A stretch of DNA of 63,385 bases, filler included, from Stramenopiles sp. TOSAG23-3 (Eukaryota): NCBI GenBank assembly GCA_900128585.1. It is 19 parts of 19 records of this genome, joined end to end, with 100 filler letters (N's around TTAATTAATTAA, not from the genome) between each part and the next. Parts side by side here need not be neighbours in the genome. Positions count along the whole stretch, not along the records: positions 20,103 to 23,346 come from LT644331.1; positions 23,447 to 26,689 come from LT644332.1; positions 26,790 to 30,031 come from LT644333.1; positions 30,132 to 33,371 come from LT644334.1; 15 more parts are not named here. One strand, written 5' to 3'. The position numbers were made by a program, and so were the translations under genes. The notes beneath the pieces are model-generated. The model had not been told where the DNA came from, did not search any database, and was given only the letters and a program-made list of their open reading frames with translations. Shown here in pieces: positions 20,105-32,068 of the stretch. Position 1 is the stretch's first letter; every line of letters begins with the position of its first letter.

Positions 20105-23100
20105 GTTAACATTTTGAACGTGAATGAGCCCCCAGTTTTGTTTGATGCAACTCGTTTCATTTACGAAGATGCTGGAGAAGGGGAAACTTTAGGACCGGCT
20201 TTACAAGCCTTAGACCCCGACGAAGAAGCCTCTCTAAACTATTTCATAGTTAGCAGAGACGACCAGTATGTATTTAATCTCGAAGCGTGCAGCGGACAAC
20301 TGCGATTGCAAGTTGGGAATGTGCTGGATGCAGAGACAAAACCAATGTATGTGCTGGGTGTTGAAGTCAAAGATGGCGGAAGTCCAACATTGTCAGCGCA
20401 ATCGTCTGTTAGCATACATGTTAATTTTACCAATAGGCTGCCAGTGTTTTCCCAAAATGAATACCACTTTTCCATTTCGGAAAATTTTGTGCCAGGGAGC
20501 TATGTGGGTACGGTTCAAGCAACTGATAGAGATATGAACCCCGATGACAATGGATACTTGGACGAGCTTTTTGTCGGAACGTCTACAGCCGCATCAAAGT
20601 GGATAGAAAACAGCAACAACTATAGTGCATGCAGCAGGTTTTCATCTGGCGCCGAAGGAGGATTGAAAGAGTTTGATATAGAAGTAGATAATGATTTCAT
20701 TAAAGTGACCAGAGAAGATGAAACCGCAGACCAAGGTTGGGCAAACCAAATGACCTTGCTCTGTACAACGTCCGCAGAACTGTTGTACTATAGTATGTCC
20801 AGCGAGAATAACGATGGAACGTTTACCATACATAGAACAACTGGGCAAATATTTGTAAATAATTCTATAGATTTTGAGACAATGTCGTCTTACAGCTTGA
20901 AAGCCGAATCATATGATAGGGAGGGTGTTGTTTCCGTGACGCTGAAAATCGACATTGTTGACGAAAATGAAGCGCCCATTATTTTAAATGGGACTATTTT
21001 ACATTTGCACGAGAATGCATTGATAGGGACCGTCGCGCGAGGAACGATACCTGTTTTAGACCCGGACAATGGTCAAACCGTTCGTGCAAGCATACTGAGT
21101 TGCCAATCAAATGTTAGTTGTACAGGATTATTCGGTGTAAATAAAGTGACACGGGAAGTCTACCTTGCTTCAGGTACCTTAGATTTTGAACATGTACAAG
21201 AATACAAACTCTCGATTGCATTTGCTGACAGCCACCCTACATCTCCTAAAACAACAATTGCAAACGTGATCATGAAAGTGACTGACGTTAACGAAGTCCC
21301 TACTTTCACAGATTTCACCCACATTAAGAACGAAGTCCCAGTATACGAACTCAGTCTTCCTGAGATTACCGCCGATTCGTTGATAAACGTAAATGCAAAT
21401 TCTTCGACTGGGGCAATAAATGTATTAAACATTAAGTATGGTGCCAACTGTGGCGTGACTGCAAATCATGGCAGTTCACTGCAATCGGTGAAAGCCCAAT
21501 GCGATGGAAAGTCGACGTGCGATTTTGTAATCCGGAATGAATTACTTGGAAATCCAGCCCCATCATGTGGAAAATTGTTTCAAGTTACGTACCGGTGCAG
21601 ACAGGGAGCCACACATACGGCGGAAGCAATAAATCCATATGCCTTAAAAAACGCTGGGAAGGACTGCTGGTATCCTTGTAATACAAAATCTGGCGTCTGT
21701 ACATACTGCGGGAAGGACAACAAATGCTGTCGGAAAGACTGGAAAGGTGGTGAAAAAGGCTGTTTAAGTACGGAGGGGGGGTCCAATTATCATACGTGCA
21801 TACCTGGGCATAGAAGGCAAACGTTAGAGGGCAAGATAGTCCATTTAATTTGCGGTACTAGAAATCGTCTATTGGTAACCAGTAATGTTGCTGCATGGGA
21901 CCCAGACTTATACCATGATGTTCTCCGTTATAGCATCATTGGAGGAAACCGCAATAATGTGTTTGCCATGAACGACCGTACCGGGATGCTGTTTGCTCGC
22001 CCAAAAGGCATTGACTACGAACGTACCAACGAATACAACATTTTTGTGCAAGTTCAAGATAATGGGTCTCCCGTGCGAACTACGATGGCCCAGATTCACA
22101 TTATCGTCTTGAATGTAAATGAGCAGCCGTCCCTTCCACCATTCTATAATTTTACAGTGCCTGAGAACACACCTAACGGGGTGAACGTGGGACCGCCGTT
22201 ACAGGCAACTGATCCTGATAGAAAAGATAGCATTTTTTACTCTATTACATCAACGGGGAGTCCATTTTCTGTTGATTTGCTGACTGGTCAAGTCACAGTT
22301 TCAAATAGTGCTGTCCTGAATTTTGAGGAACAGGGAGGAGCAAGATTTATATTTCAAATTAATGCGAAAGACTTCGGTGGACTGCTTGTTACAACTGAAG
22401 TAAATGTACAGGTGACAGATGTCAACGAACCACCCGTGCTAGCAATACAGGAACGGGCGATCAATGCAGGATCTCCTGTTGGTAGTAAAATCGGAAAACC
22501 GATTGTTGTAAGTGATGTTGACTACGATCAGTCTCATATGTTCACCATTGTAGATGAAGATAGTAACCCGTATTTTATTATCAGCGGTACAACAGGTCAA
22601 CTTTCGCTATCCTCGCAGGCCACAAGTGGATATTACCATTTGTACGTTCGTGTATCTGACGATGGCATCGGTCGCCTCGCTACAGTCGGTTTAGTCATAA
22701 TACACGTTGTAACCACGAACACAAGACCGACAATATACAACGAAACGTTTTCGGTGCAAGAAAATTTATTTTATCATGAAAAAATCGGGCAGCAAATAAG
22801 AGCACATGATGCCGACATAAACCCGAAACAGAAGCTTATGTTTAGGATCGAAAGCGGAAACGACGATAACTGTTTTGAAATTGATCGGTACAGCGGGCAA
22901 CTTCGCTCAAAACGTAGACGATTTTGGTATTGGTTTCACAGAAAAGACAGACAATGCTTCAATTTTGAAAATGTTCAGCCATGGATGGAAACGGATGGAG
23001 ATAGACCAGAGTCTGCTCTAGGGCAATGGTATCGGTTAACAGTGTCGGTCACTGATGATGGACTTGGCCAAATGTCCAATTCTGCAACTATGTATATTAT

Positions 23101-23344
23101 AGTGCAAAATCGAAACGAACATCCATACGCAAAGTACCCCGAAAACAGATATTTTCATGTAGATGTTCCTGAGAACCTTCCCGTTGGCTCACAGATAAAG
23201 GCGCCTTTTGTTTTTGCCGATCCCGACGAGAATTCAAACCTGGAGTACGCCGAAGGGATGTCGTGGGATCGCACTTGGTCTCTGACGGACACAGTGGTAA
23301 TCGGTCAGCCGTTTCATATTAACTTGAGATCAGAATTAAATTTC
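20105..23344 (+). CDS. Cadherin-repeat surface protein (internal fragment) with SUEL-type lectin and Cys-rich inserts
   Basis: Multiple cadherin repeats (VNEPP, ALDPD/ATDPD, LDFE, VxDxG), an inserted YGANC...CDGKSTC...GNPAPSCGKLFQVTYRC lectin module, and a GKDCW..C...CCR Cys-rich module. Confidence 0.88.
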
Positions 23345-23633
23345 GANNNNNNNNNNNNNNNNNNNNNNNNNNNNNNNNNNNNNNNNNNNNTTAATTAATT
23401 AANNNNNNNNNNNNNNNNNNNNNNNNNNNNNNNNNNNNNNNNNNNNTTATTACAAATTATAACACAGAAGAAAGAAAGGGTTGCAATTGATGTATGAATG
23501 ATATCAATTAATCCAATTAAGAAACATTATATAACCCAACGATACACGAGCAAACGAATGAATTGTTATTAAGAAAAAAGTTTTAATATAATATAAAATA
23601 GGACGACTTGAGCGCAATCGTTTCGTTGACAAC

Positions 23634-24778
23634 ATGATATCTGCAGAAAATCTTGCGTTGGAAAGTGAGGTCACCAAACAGCTGCTGAAAATAAAGGAAG
23701 CAGAAGTCACCTTTTACACCGATCGGTTCAATGCAATCGGGACGCAAGCCGCTTTGATGGGCGGATTCTTAATCGAAAGTTTGGCCAGCCAGGGCAGCCA
23801 TAAAGAGAAGCGCCAGGAAAATGATAGGGCTTATTTTCTCATTTACACTTGGGCCAGCGCGGTGGCCCTTGTTTGCTGCATGCACTGCATTATTTGCACC
23901 ACGTACGGGTCCATTTGGGGCCCGTCTTTGTCCTTGCGAGGCCCGGGGGGGTCCGTTATGAAAGCGACCAACAATATGCGCCGCGAAAGTAAACACATTT
24001 TGGTATCGTACAATATTTTGATATTTGCATATTGCGTCCATTTCATGATGGCCTTCTTGCTCATCGACGTAAAACTCGACAACTCTTCGGACGAGGAGTC
24101 CATGGGGTCACGTGGCCTCCTGTCGGTATCTCTATTTTTGGAATGTTGTATACGCTGTTCGCTATTTTTCGAATGCAAAAACGAATGAAACACAAAAAAG
24201 TTATCAATGTTAGGCGGGAAGAATTGCAGGGCCTCTTTCATGATGGGGGGGACTCCAGCGCATTAGAAAGCACACCAAAAGGAAGTGCCGAAAGCACACC
24301 CACCACCACCGAACCACGGGGAGACCGAAACACCTGGGCAACGAGGAGCATAAGCCAGTCGAACATGCAAGGGTACTTGCTCAAAAGAGGAAACTTCCTC
24401 GGGGGAAAGCTCAATAACAAATGGTCCCGTCGTTATTTTGTGCTGAACGGGATCGCTGGGGCCATGTACAGCTTCAAAGACCGCGAGGCCTACCATCGAA
24501 GTTTAGAAGGCGAGGGCGAAGGCAAAAATCGGAAGAATGGAATACCAAGGGGCGGTACTGCCTTCAATATGTTTGGGGGACGGTCAAAAACATACCCCCT
24601 GGCTGGTTACGAAGTGATGGTAGTTCCCGGCAACACAACAAACGGGTCGTCTGACATATTTATGCTGAGTAACATGGACAACACAATGAAGGATCACTAC
24701 TTTCGAGCACAAAGTGAAGAAGGGATGGAAAAATGGGTGCGGGCGTTAGTAAATGCCTCCGTTATGGCAGGCGAATCC
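23634..24778 (+). CDS. 4-TM (Orai/PGG-like) plus PH-domain protein, paralog 1; frameshift in a G-run near 24104-24107; 3' end in gap
   Basis: ORFs 23634..24188 and 24032..24862 join (SMG|VTWPP) if one G is added to GGGG. PH motifs are GYLLKRG, WSRRYFVL and FRA.SEEGMEKWVRAL. Confidence 0.75.
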
Positions 24779-24949
24779 NNNNNNNNNNNNNNNNNNNNNN
24801 NNNNNNNNNNNNNNNNNNNNNNNNNNNNNNNNNNNNNNNNNNNNNNNNNNTATATGCTTTAAGGCTAACACAAAATATATTAGCCCTGTTGTTTTAAGAA
24901 TTTAAAATTTGTGTGTCAACAAATTTACTGACACAAAAAGAAAATCGCA

Positions 24950-26215
24950 TCACTGGTTGATGAGCCACGATTTATACAAGGCCCTGACCCATTCGTCCAT
25001 ACCAGCGTCTGTAACCGTTCGAAAGTGGCGATCCTTGCTTTTGCTGTGCAGACTTTCTAGAACGAGCGTCTCCTGATTTTCCACCGAGCCTTTCGCGCTG
25101 TTCTTCACCATGATGGAGTAGTCCCTGAGAACCACCCTTTTTGGCTTCTTGGCTTGCCCCCGGCGCTCTATGTACAGCTCGTAAGCTTCCCGGGAGACAA
25201 AATTGTATAGGATACCCCTTCGCCCCCTCAGGACAAAGTACCGCTTTTTCCACCCCAACTGGAACATAACCCCCAACGCCCCAGCAACATCCCCTCTTTT
25301 GTAAAGGTACCCTTCGTGGTCGAACTTAGAATATACCGCGACAGACCCCATGAGCCCGCTGCGCGTAATAAGGGACCCATGCATAGACGAATTCCTACCC
25401 GAAGCAAACCTGTCGCCTGTACGGGAGCGTAACAGACCGTTGTCTGATAGCAGCAGTGCTTTGTGTCGGTCGATCGTAGACGTCAACTCTAGGCCATCTG
25501 CAGGATTCTGAAAAAGATTTTGGTACATCTCTGAAATGGTGGAACCGTCTTCCTCGAATTTGAATTTCTCATGAATGGCTTTCGCCTTAACGTACGTGAA
25601 GGTCATCATAACGATAAGCAAAGCAGCCAATATTAAAGGGAGAGTTGTTGGCAATGTGCCACTGCCGCAGTTCTCCCCTGGGCTTCCGGTTACAGTTGAT
25701 GAAGACGTAATGTTACATGGCACGCACAATGCCTTTATCGAATCGAACCGTTCGTCATCGTCGCACCGGACATGCTTTGTCAACAAAAAGAAAGCGCAGC
25801 ACATATGCACCGCAAACGAGCACAGACCACCAAAGACAAAAATTCGAGAAATGCGATCGCTTTCTTCCTTCATTACTACGCTGGCCCTCTGAACGCTCCC
25901 CGGCTCTCCCCTCAAAGCCAGCGATTTCGCCCAAAAAACACCGTGGGTGGTGGTGGCGACCGAGTAAATGCAGGACGCCATTGCCGTCGCTGCCGATGAA
26001 AGGAATACCCACAGGAAAATTTTATATTCCTCATCTACTTCCTCGTAACTGCCTCTCATGTTTGCAACCGTTTTACCTAGAAACGTCGCAACAATCATCG
26101 CTTGAGAACCGTACAGGGAACATTTGGTGACAAAATGTTCGACTTCCTTGTCCTGCATAACAAGTGCCTGCTTGACGACTTCATCCTCCAACGCCTCGTG
26201 CTCCGCAACCTGCAT
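24950..26215 (-). CDS. 4-TM (Orai/PGG-like) plus PH-domain protein, paralog 2
   Basis: Colinear with paralog 1 (ALEDEVVKQ, W..SLALRGEPGSV.RA); PH motifs are EGYLYKRG, WKKRYFVL and GMDEWVRAL. Confidence 0.8.
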   Translation of the reverse strand: MQVAEHEALEDEVVKQALVMQDKEVEHFVTKCSLYGSQAMIVATFLGKTVANMRGSYEEVDEEYKIFLWVFLSSAATAMASCIYSVATTTHGVFWAKSLALRGEPGSVQRASVVMKEESDRISRIFVFGGLCSFAVHMCCAFFLLTKHVRCDDDERFDSIKALCVPCNITSSSTVTGSPGENCGSGTLPTTLPLILAALLIVMMTFTYVKAKAIHEKFKFEEDGSTISEMYQNLFQNPADGLELTSTIDRHKALLLSDNGLLRSRTGDRFASGRNSSMHGSLITRSGLMGSVAVYSKFDHEGYLYKRGDVAGALGVMFQLGWKKRYFVLRGRRGILYNFVSREAYELYIERRGQAKKPKRVVLRDYSIMVKNSAKGSVENQETLVLESLHSKSKDRHFRTVTDAGMDEWVRALYKSWLINQ

Positions 26216-27233
26216 TCTCGAACGACAACGACAACGAAAAGGTTGGTACGTACGAACTAGTTAGATAAAATACCCAAACAAAAACAAAGACGAAGAAGCA
26301 GGACACCGAACAAAACAAAGTAATTATCACCCTGTTCCAATGCAGTCTTTAAAATATTTTTATTGAACTTCTTCGAAGAAAAAAGAGCAACAAACAATAA
26401 TAATCTTCTATCTAATTAGGCTATAATTAATAATAATAATAAAAAAAAAAACAACAAACAAAATAAAAAATATAATAAAAGAAGGAGGAGGAGAACAAAA
26501 ACAATATTAAGTATATAAACAGATAGGGATACCTATCATTTATATTACAATATTGAATCTTTCTTCAATATATTTAATTATTATACTTATGGTTTATTTT
26601 CTCGTATACTTGTTCTACTATTTGATAGAGACTACTACAAAAAACAAAATCAAAGTTGTTATTTTATTACCTGACACCTGACACCTGACNNNNNNNNNNN
26701 NNNNNNNNNNNNNNNNNNNNNNNNNNNNNNNNNTTAATTAATTAANNNNNNNNNNNNNNNNNNNNNNNNNNNNNNNNNNNNNNNNNNNNACCAAAAAAGA
26801 AAGTTGAAAAATTCTCTCGCACTGCCGTCCCAACCCTCGAGGATTCGTGAGGGCTCAAGTGATAAGTAGTATAGGATTAGCATTAGAACTTTCTAGGTTT
26901 CTGGAGATGATGAAAAGAACGAGTACATGATTTATGTACTTGATTAACTATAAATACAACTAATTAAATTTAGAACAAGCGGGACTCATTGGTGTTGTTG
27001 TTAATATAATAATAACAAACACAGCACAGGGATTAAAAAACTAAAAAAATAATCAACTGTCTGAGTTTGATCGTTAGTCGACTTGGTTTCACGCTACGGA
27101 TGCACGCCCTCCCCACCTCCCTTGCAACGATTCCAGAAACCTGCCAACGTTCACGATACGTAGCTGGAAACTTCATTAGTAACAAATAATTACGTTAGAT
27201 TCATTAGTATTGCTACATTTTTACAAGACTACA

Positions 27234-28265
27234 ATGAAGCTTCTGATTGTTCTCCTCGCGGTTTTATTGGCCCTGGCCAGTGCCCACAATATTCGCCGTG
27301 CGGCCACCGGCGGAGCGACCGGCGTGTCCGAAGGAAGCGCAGAAACCGGCGCGTCCGAAGCCGAGCAAATCAAAGCGGCGGGCGAAGCCGCTGCGTCAGC
27401 AGACGAAAGCAAAGCGCACGCCGCCACCATCAAGATCATGGAGGAGAGCGACGCCACCTGGGCTAAAGTCGGGAAGACTTGCGCCAAGGAAGAATCGTCC
27501 ACGAAGGACTGGCTTGCCAACCCAATCGTGAACGTCCCCAAGATGACCAAGCGCCGCCTTGCCGCCGAGAAGAAACTTTTGGCCGCGTTGCTCAGCCGCG
27601 TAGAGGGATTGAAGAACTTTATCAAGCGCATCAAGGTGACCCGCAAGCGCCTTCGGGAACGCATCGTCAGCGTGAACGCCCTGTTCAAGCTGAAGTTCGA
27701 CGAGAACATGGCGAACGTGGAAGCCGCGACCGTAGTATTGACGGACATCGGCCACCTGAAGCTTGTGCCGTACAACCCAAAGCTCGTAAAGATCAAAAAC
27801 TTCAAGTGCATCAAGTGCGAGAACCTAGCCCTCATCGAAGAGACCAAGACCGCCCTTGCCGCAGCCAGCCAGACCTGCGCCGAAAAGGACGAGTGCTCCG
27901 GCGCCACCAAGATCGCCTTCAAGGCCTACCGCAAGGGGCTCGAGCTGAACAAAGCCATGGGCGTCAACTTTGAGAAAGAGCGCAAGATCTTGGCCGGCAT
28001 GCGCGACCAAATCCGCAAGTTGATCGACCAGAAGCAGCACAAGCTTAACCAGCTTCTTGCCCAGATCGAACGTATCAAGGGTGCCATGGCCGACGATGAC
28101 TATGATGCGGCCAAGAAGAGCCTTTCCGAGCACTTGCAGATCGTTGGAAAATCGTGTGCCGGCATGACCACCTTCGCGAAGCAAGAGAAGGGCGCGTTGG
28201 AGAAAGTTTTGAGCGCCATGGAGAACAAGGGAGAGCTTCACAAGGGTGCGGGCGCCCAAGCTTAG
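27234..28265 (+). CDS. Secreted coiled-coil protein with spaced cysteines, unknown function
   Basis: Signal peptide MKLLIVLLAVLLALASA, long heptad helices and a strong bias to C/G-ending codons. Confidence 0.8.
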   Translation: MKLLIVLLAVLLALASAHNIRRAATGGATGVSEGSAETGASEAEQIKAAGEAAASADESKAHAATIKIMEESDATWAKVGKTCAKEESSTKDWLANPIVNVPKMTKRRLAAEKKLLAALLSRVEGLKNFIKRIKVTRKRLRERIVSVNALFKLKFDENMANVEAATVVLTDIGHLKLVPYNPKLVKIKNFKCIKCENLALIEETKTALAAASQTCAEKDECSGATKIAFKAYRKGLELNKAMGVNFEKERKILAGMRDQIRKLIDQKQHKLNQLLAQIERIKGAMADDDYDAAKKSLSEHLQIVGKSCAGMTTFAKQEKGALEKVLSAMENKGELHKGAGAQA

Positions 28266-28949
28266 AGAGAGAGGGACAGACCTAGTGCGTTTGTGTGCAC
28301 ACTACGAGTAGTATAAAAAGACGTAAGGTAAGCTCTGATTGAAAAATATTACATTTTAATAAAGAATTGCATTTCAGAAGAACACAGCACTAAATTAGGT
28401 GCTGTACGTATGTATCTAAGTAAGAACCGTGTTTCCTATCCGTACTAGATGTATATAGTATAGTAGTTAGTATACTTTGACATCATCTCAAATGATGGGA
28501 TGGGGATGATGGGGAAGAATGGGATGATTGATTGATTTTATTTAATTTTATTACACTACGAACTGTGTTATTGTCATCATCATATTAAAATTATTAAAAT
28601 TTAAATCCAGATGAGATGATAGATAGAGGAGGGTATATATTTTAGAAGAAGAGTTTTAGTAAGTAGTGTGTGGTACTACTGATAATATAATAGTACCAAG
28701 AAGGGTATCTTCTTCTTCTCCTTCTCTTTTTTATTATTTATTATTATTATTATTATTTATCATCTAATATAATAATAATATATTATTCACAAAAGTCTAC
28801 AGTATTTCTCTCCTTTCTTATTGACTGTATGTATACGTTTAATTAAAAAATAATTCAACTTTCCTTTCCCTTCGTATTCCCATTGCACCCATCCCGCAAC
28901 GCAGCCCACCGACGCGCCCACACCCCTCCACCTCTTCACAACGTCGAAT

Positions 28950-30017
28950 ATGGAAGCGGAAAACACGTTAACCAGCCGCGTAATGGCCACCGCGGAGCAC
29001 CTGAACGGGGTTATTATGGGGGGCCTGTCCCTCCTGGTGTGCGTGATCGTGACACTTTCCGTTCACGGCGCAGCGCAGGACAACATTGAAAACTGCAAGG
29101 GCGGTTTAAGCAACCTGGACAACGGCCAGAGCACGGCGCTCAAGGGGTTCATTTTCATCACGGCCACCTTGTCCTTTCTGGGGTCCTCGTTCATCATCTT
29201 CAGCTACTACTACTTTGTCGAGCTGCGGAGCTTTCCCTTGAAGCTGATCACCATGCTGTCCGTGTCGGACTGGTTTTCGTCCCTCCAGTTCTACGTCGGG
29301 ATCGACAATTTCGCGAACAAGTGCTTTGAAAAATACTTTGCATGCTCCATGTCCGCGACGATGGGGCAGTTCTTCGAGATGGCGTCGTTCTGCTGGACGA
29401 CGGTGATCGCGTTCAACATTTACCAGGTCCTCGTGGCCCGGCAGGGGGAGCGGGTGGAACGGTATGAAAAGGTGTACCACGCCTTCGCCTGGGGGTTCCC
29501 GATGCTCCTCCTCGTGGTCGTCGCCGCGACGGACTCCCTCGGGGACGCCGGAAATTGGTGTTGGATCAAGTTGGACCACACGGGCGCGCGGTGGTTCGGG
29601 TACTACATCCCGCTCCTCGTGATGATGATGTTGAACGGGTACTTTTATGTTAAAATTGGACGGGGGCTCAAGTCCTTCGCGACCGGGCAAAAGGTCGCCA
29701 TCGTTCAGCGGCTCCGGGTGTACCTTGCGGTGTTCCTGGTCACCAGGATGCCCAGCGTTCTGAACCGAGGGTACGAGCTATTCGCAGTGGACCACTCGTT
29801 CTTTCTCCTCCTCCTTCAGTCCCTGTCCGCGCCCCTCCAAGGGTTCTGCAACGCGGTTGTGTACGGGTCGAACAAGAAGTTGAAAGACCAGTGGGCCGAT
29901 TTTCTCGAGACCAGGCTCGGGATCGGGCGCGGGCCGCCCGGTGGGACAAACGTAACGGGTGACGGCGGGGAGTTCACCTCGATGGGCGGGGGCGACGGCC
30001 AGCCCGATGCGGTCTGA
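28950..30017 (+). CDS. 7-TM GPCR, cAMP-receptor-like/GCR1/GPR157 family
   Basis: LSFLGSSFII, LSVSD, QFFEMASFCWTTVIAFN, YHAFAWG, GDAGNWCWI and PLQGFCNAVVYG. Confidence 0.9.
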   Translation: MEAENTLTSRVMATAEHLNGVIMGGLSLLVCVIVTLSVHGAAQDNIENCKGGLSNLDNGQSTALKGFIFITATLSFLGSSFIIFSYYYFVELRSFPLKLITMLSVSDWFSSLQFYVGIDNFANKCFEKYFACSMSATMGQFFEMASFCWTTVIAFNIYQVLVARQGERVERYEKVYHAFAWGFPMLLLVVVAATDSLGDAGNWCWIKLDHTGARWFGYYIPLLVMMMLNGYFYVKIGRGLKSFATGQKVAIVQRLRVYLAVFLVTRMPSVLNRGYELFAVDHSFFLLLLQSLSAPLQGFCNAVVYGSNKKLKDQWADFLETRLGIGRGPPGGTNVTGDGGEFTSMGGGDGQPDAV

Positions 30018-30679
30018 GGAGATGCCTGAGTNNNNNNNNNNNNNNNNNNNNNNNNNNNNNNNNNNNNNNNNNNNNTTAATTAATTAANNNNNNNNNNNNN
30101 NNNNNNNNNNNNNNNNNNNNNNNNNNNNNNNGGTTGAAATTTTCAGGGGATTTGCATGGTACAGCATGGGGAATCTAACTTTTTTTTTTAAATTTTCTTT
30201 TTTTTAGACCGAGTTTAGCACTGTACATAGACACACTATCGAGCACGGGCTGCAAGAGGGGGTCATGATAGCATAGTAATACGTTGATTGATCATCTATA
30301 TATTTATTTCATTATTAATAATAATAAAATTATTATTTTTTACTGTATTTTTTTTTTATTTTTTATTTTTTCCCTTCTTCTTCTTTTCTCTTCTTCTTCT
30401 TCTTTTCTCTTACTTCTTTCTTCTTCTTTTCTTCTTGGTTGTTGTTAGACTATTAAATAAAAAATTTTTTTTTTATATATTCTTCTTGTTTGTGTTCTTG
30501 ATGATTATTACTGTTTTAAACAACAGCCATTTTCATTTCTTTCCTTCTTATTCTTGCGCGGGCGTCCTCTTTTTCTTTTTAACACGACGATGAATGAGTT
30601 TAAAATATAGAGTTTAAATACTTTGGGCAAGGGTCGAATTTTGTTCTTTTCAAGAAAAAAGTTAGTGGGATTGATTAAT

Positions 30680-31591
30680 ATGAGTGAAGGAAAGAAGAAA
30701 GTCGGATCGATAGGCACCAGCACACCTTGGAAAGGGTTCGCGTTCTCTTGCGTAGCGTGTTGCTCGGCGGAGGTTGTCACTTGCCCCATTGATGTGGTGA
30801 AAGTTCGGCTTCAACTCCAAGGGGAGCTGGGTGCAAAGCGCGTTTATAGCGGGGCGTTTAATGCTGCAACCCAAATTTTTCGTACGGAGGGAGCCTCGGC
30901 CTTGTGGAAGGGCGTGTCCCCGGCACTGCTGAGGCAAGCCACATACGGCTCCCTTCGTTACGGATCTTACGAGCCGATAAAGGGACTCTTTGGCGTGGAT
31001 GCCGACGGCAACTGTCATTTGTGGAAAAAAATTGCTGCAGGCGCTGTCACGGGTATTTGTAGCAGCGCGGTGGCAAACCCTGCAGATCTGGTGAAGGTTA
31101 GACTGCAAGCGGATATGGCCAGTGGCAAAGACGGGGCCGCGAGGCGCAGCATGTTGTCCACTTTTAAAGAGGTTTACCGTGCCGACGGACTCATGGGCTT
31201 TTATAGAGGCGTGGCACCTGCCTCTTCTCGTGCTTGCGTGGGGGCCATGACGGAGTTGGCGTGCTACGATGAAATCAAGAGTACCCTGCTGTCTAGTGGG
31301 TTTATTAAGCCGAACGACAGCCAGCTTAAAGTTCACGTGAGCAGTGCGCTGGGCGCTGGACTTTTGTCGTGTTTTTGTATGAACCCGTTTGATGTTGTAC
31401 GTAGTCGCCTCATGAACAGTTCGAAGGGCGAAGGCCGATACACAGGGATGATGGACTGCTTTTTCAAGACGGTGCGTTCAGAGGGAGTAACTTCCTTGTG
31501 GAAAGGATTTTTTCCCAGCTATGCTAGAATTGGGCCTCGCGTGGTTATTATTTTTGTCCTTTTGGAGAAAATGAGAGAGGTATTTGATTAA
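30680..31591 (+). CDS. Mitochondrial carrier (SLC25), UCP/dicarboxylate-carrier-like
   Basis: Three Px[DE]xx[KR]xR motifs (PIDVVKVR, PADLVKVR, PFDVVRSR), plus LLRQATYG and ELACYDEIK. Confidence 0.92.
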   Translation: MSEGKKKVGSIGTSTPWKGFAFSCVACCSAEVVTCPIDVVKVRLQLQGELGAKRVYSGAFNAATQIFRTEGASALWKGVSPALLRQATYGSLRYGSYEPIKGLFGVDADGNCHLWKKIAAGAVTGICSSAVANPADLVKVRLQADMASGKDGAARRSMLSTFKEVYRADGLMGFYRGVAPASSRACVGAMTELACYDEIKSTLLSSGFIKPNDSQLKVHVSSALGAGLLSCFCMNPFDVVRSRLMNSSKGEGRYTGMMDCFFKTVRSEGVTSLWKGFFPSYARIGPRVVIIFVLLEKMREVFD

Positions 31592-31620
31592 ACCTCGAAA
31601 CACTAATAAGAGTTCTTTAA

Positions 31621-31691
31621 AAACAAAGCAAAACATTGGCTGTTATTTAGAGTAATTAAAAATTAATGTACTGCGAACTGATCTCTACACT
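31621..31691 (-). promoter_or_regulatory. Copy of dispersed 3'-flank motif
   Basis: ATTGGCTGTTATTTAGAGTAATTAAAAATTAATGTACTGCGAACTGATCTCTACAC aligns with 10141-10200. Confidence 0.7.
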
Positions 31692-32068
31692 GTTGTAATT
31701 TTAGAAATCAATAGACCCTTGTCACTTAGTCTTGACTAACATTTTCATGTGTACTCCATGCATGATCCGAATCAGTGTGTGGAATTGCGTCGATGTCAAA
31801 AGACCCATAATAACTTATTTCCGTACTTTGTATAAGAACTTCATTCTTAAGAGTACTTGACAAAAACGATTTTGTTATCTCTAATTCTTAACATTATGTT
31901 AACTGTTAACACCACTAATTAATTTTGACAGCGCGCGAACAATACTCCTTACTACCACTACCTGGTACGGTGCGCGTGAGACCTTACATTCAGCACGTAA
32001 CGGGTAATAATTTTAAGCTGCGACCCTCCGTGTATTTTACAAATGCATGCGCATAAGATTTTCCCTGC

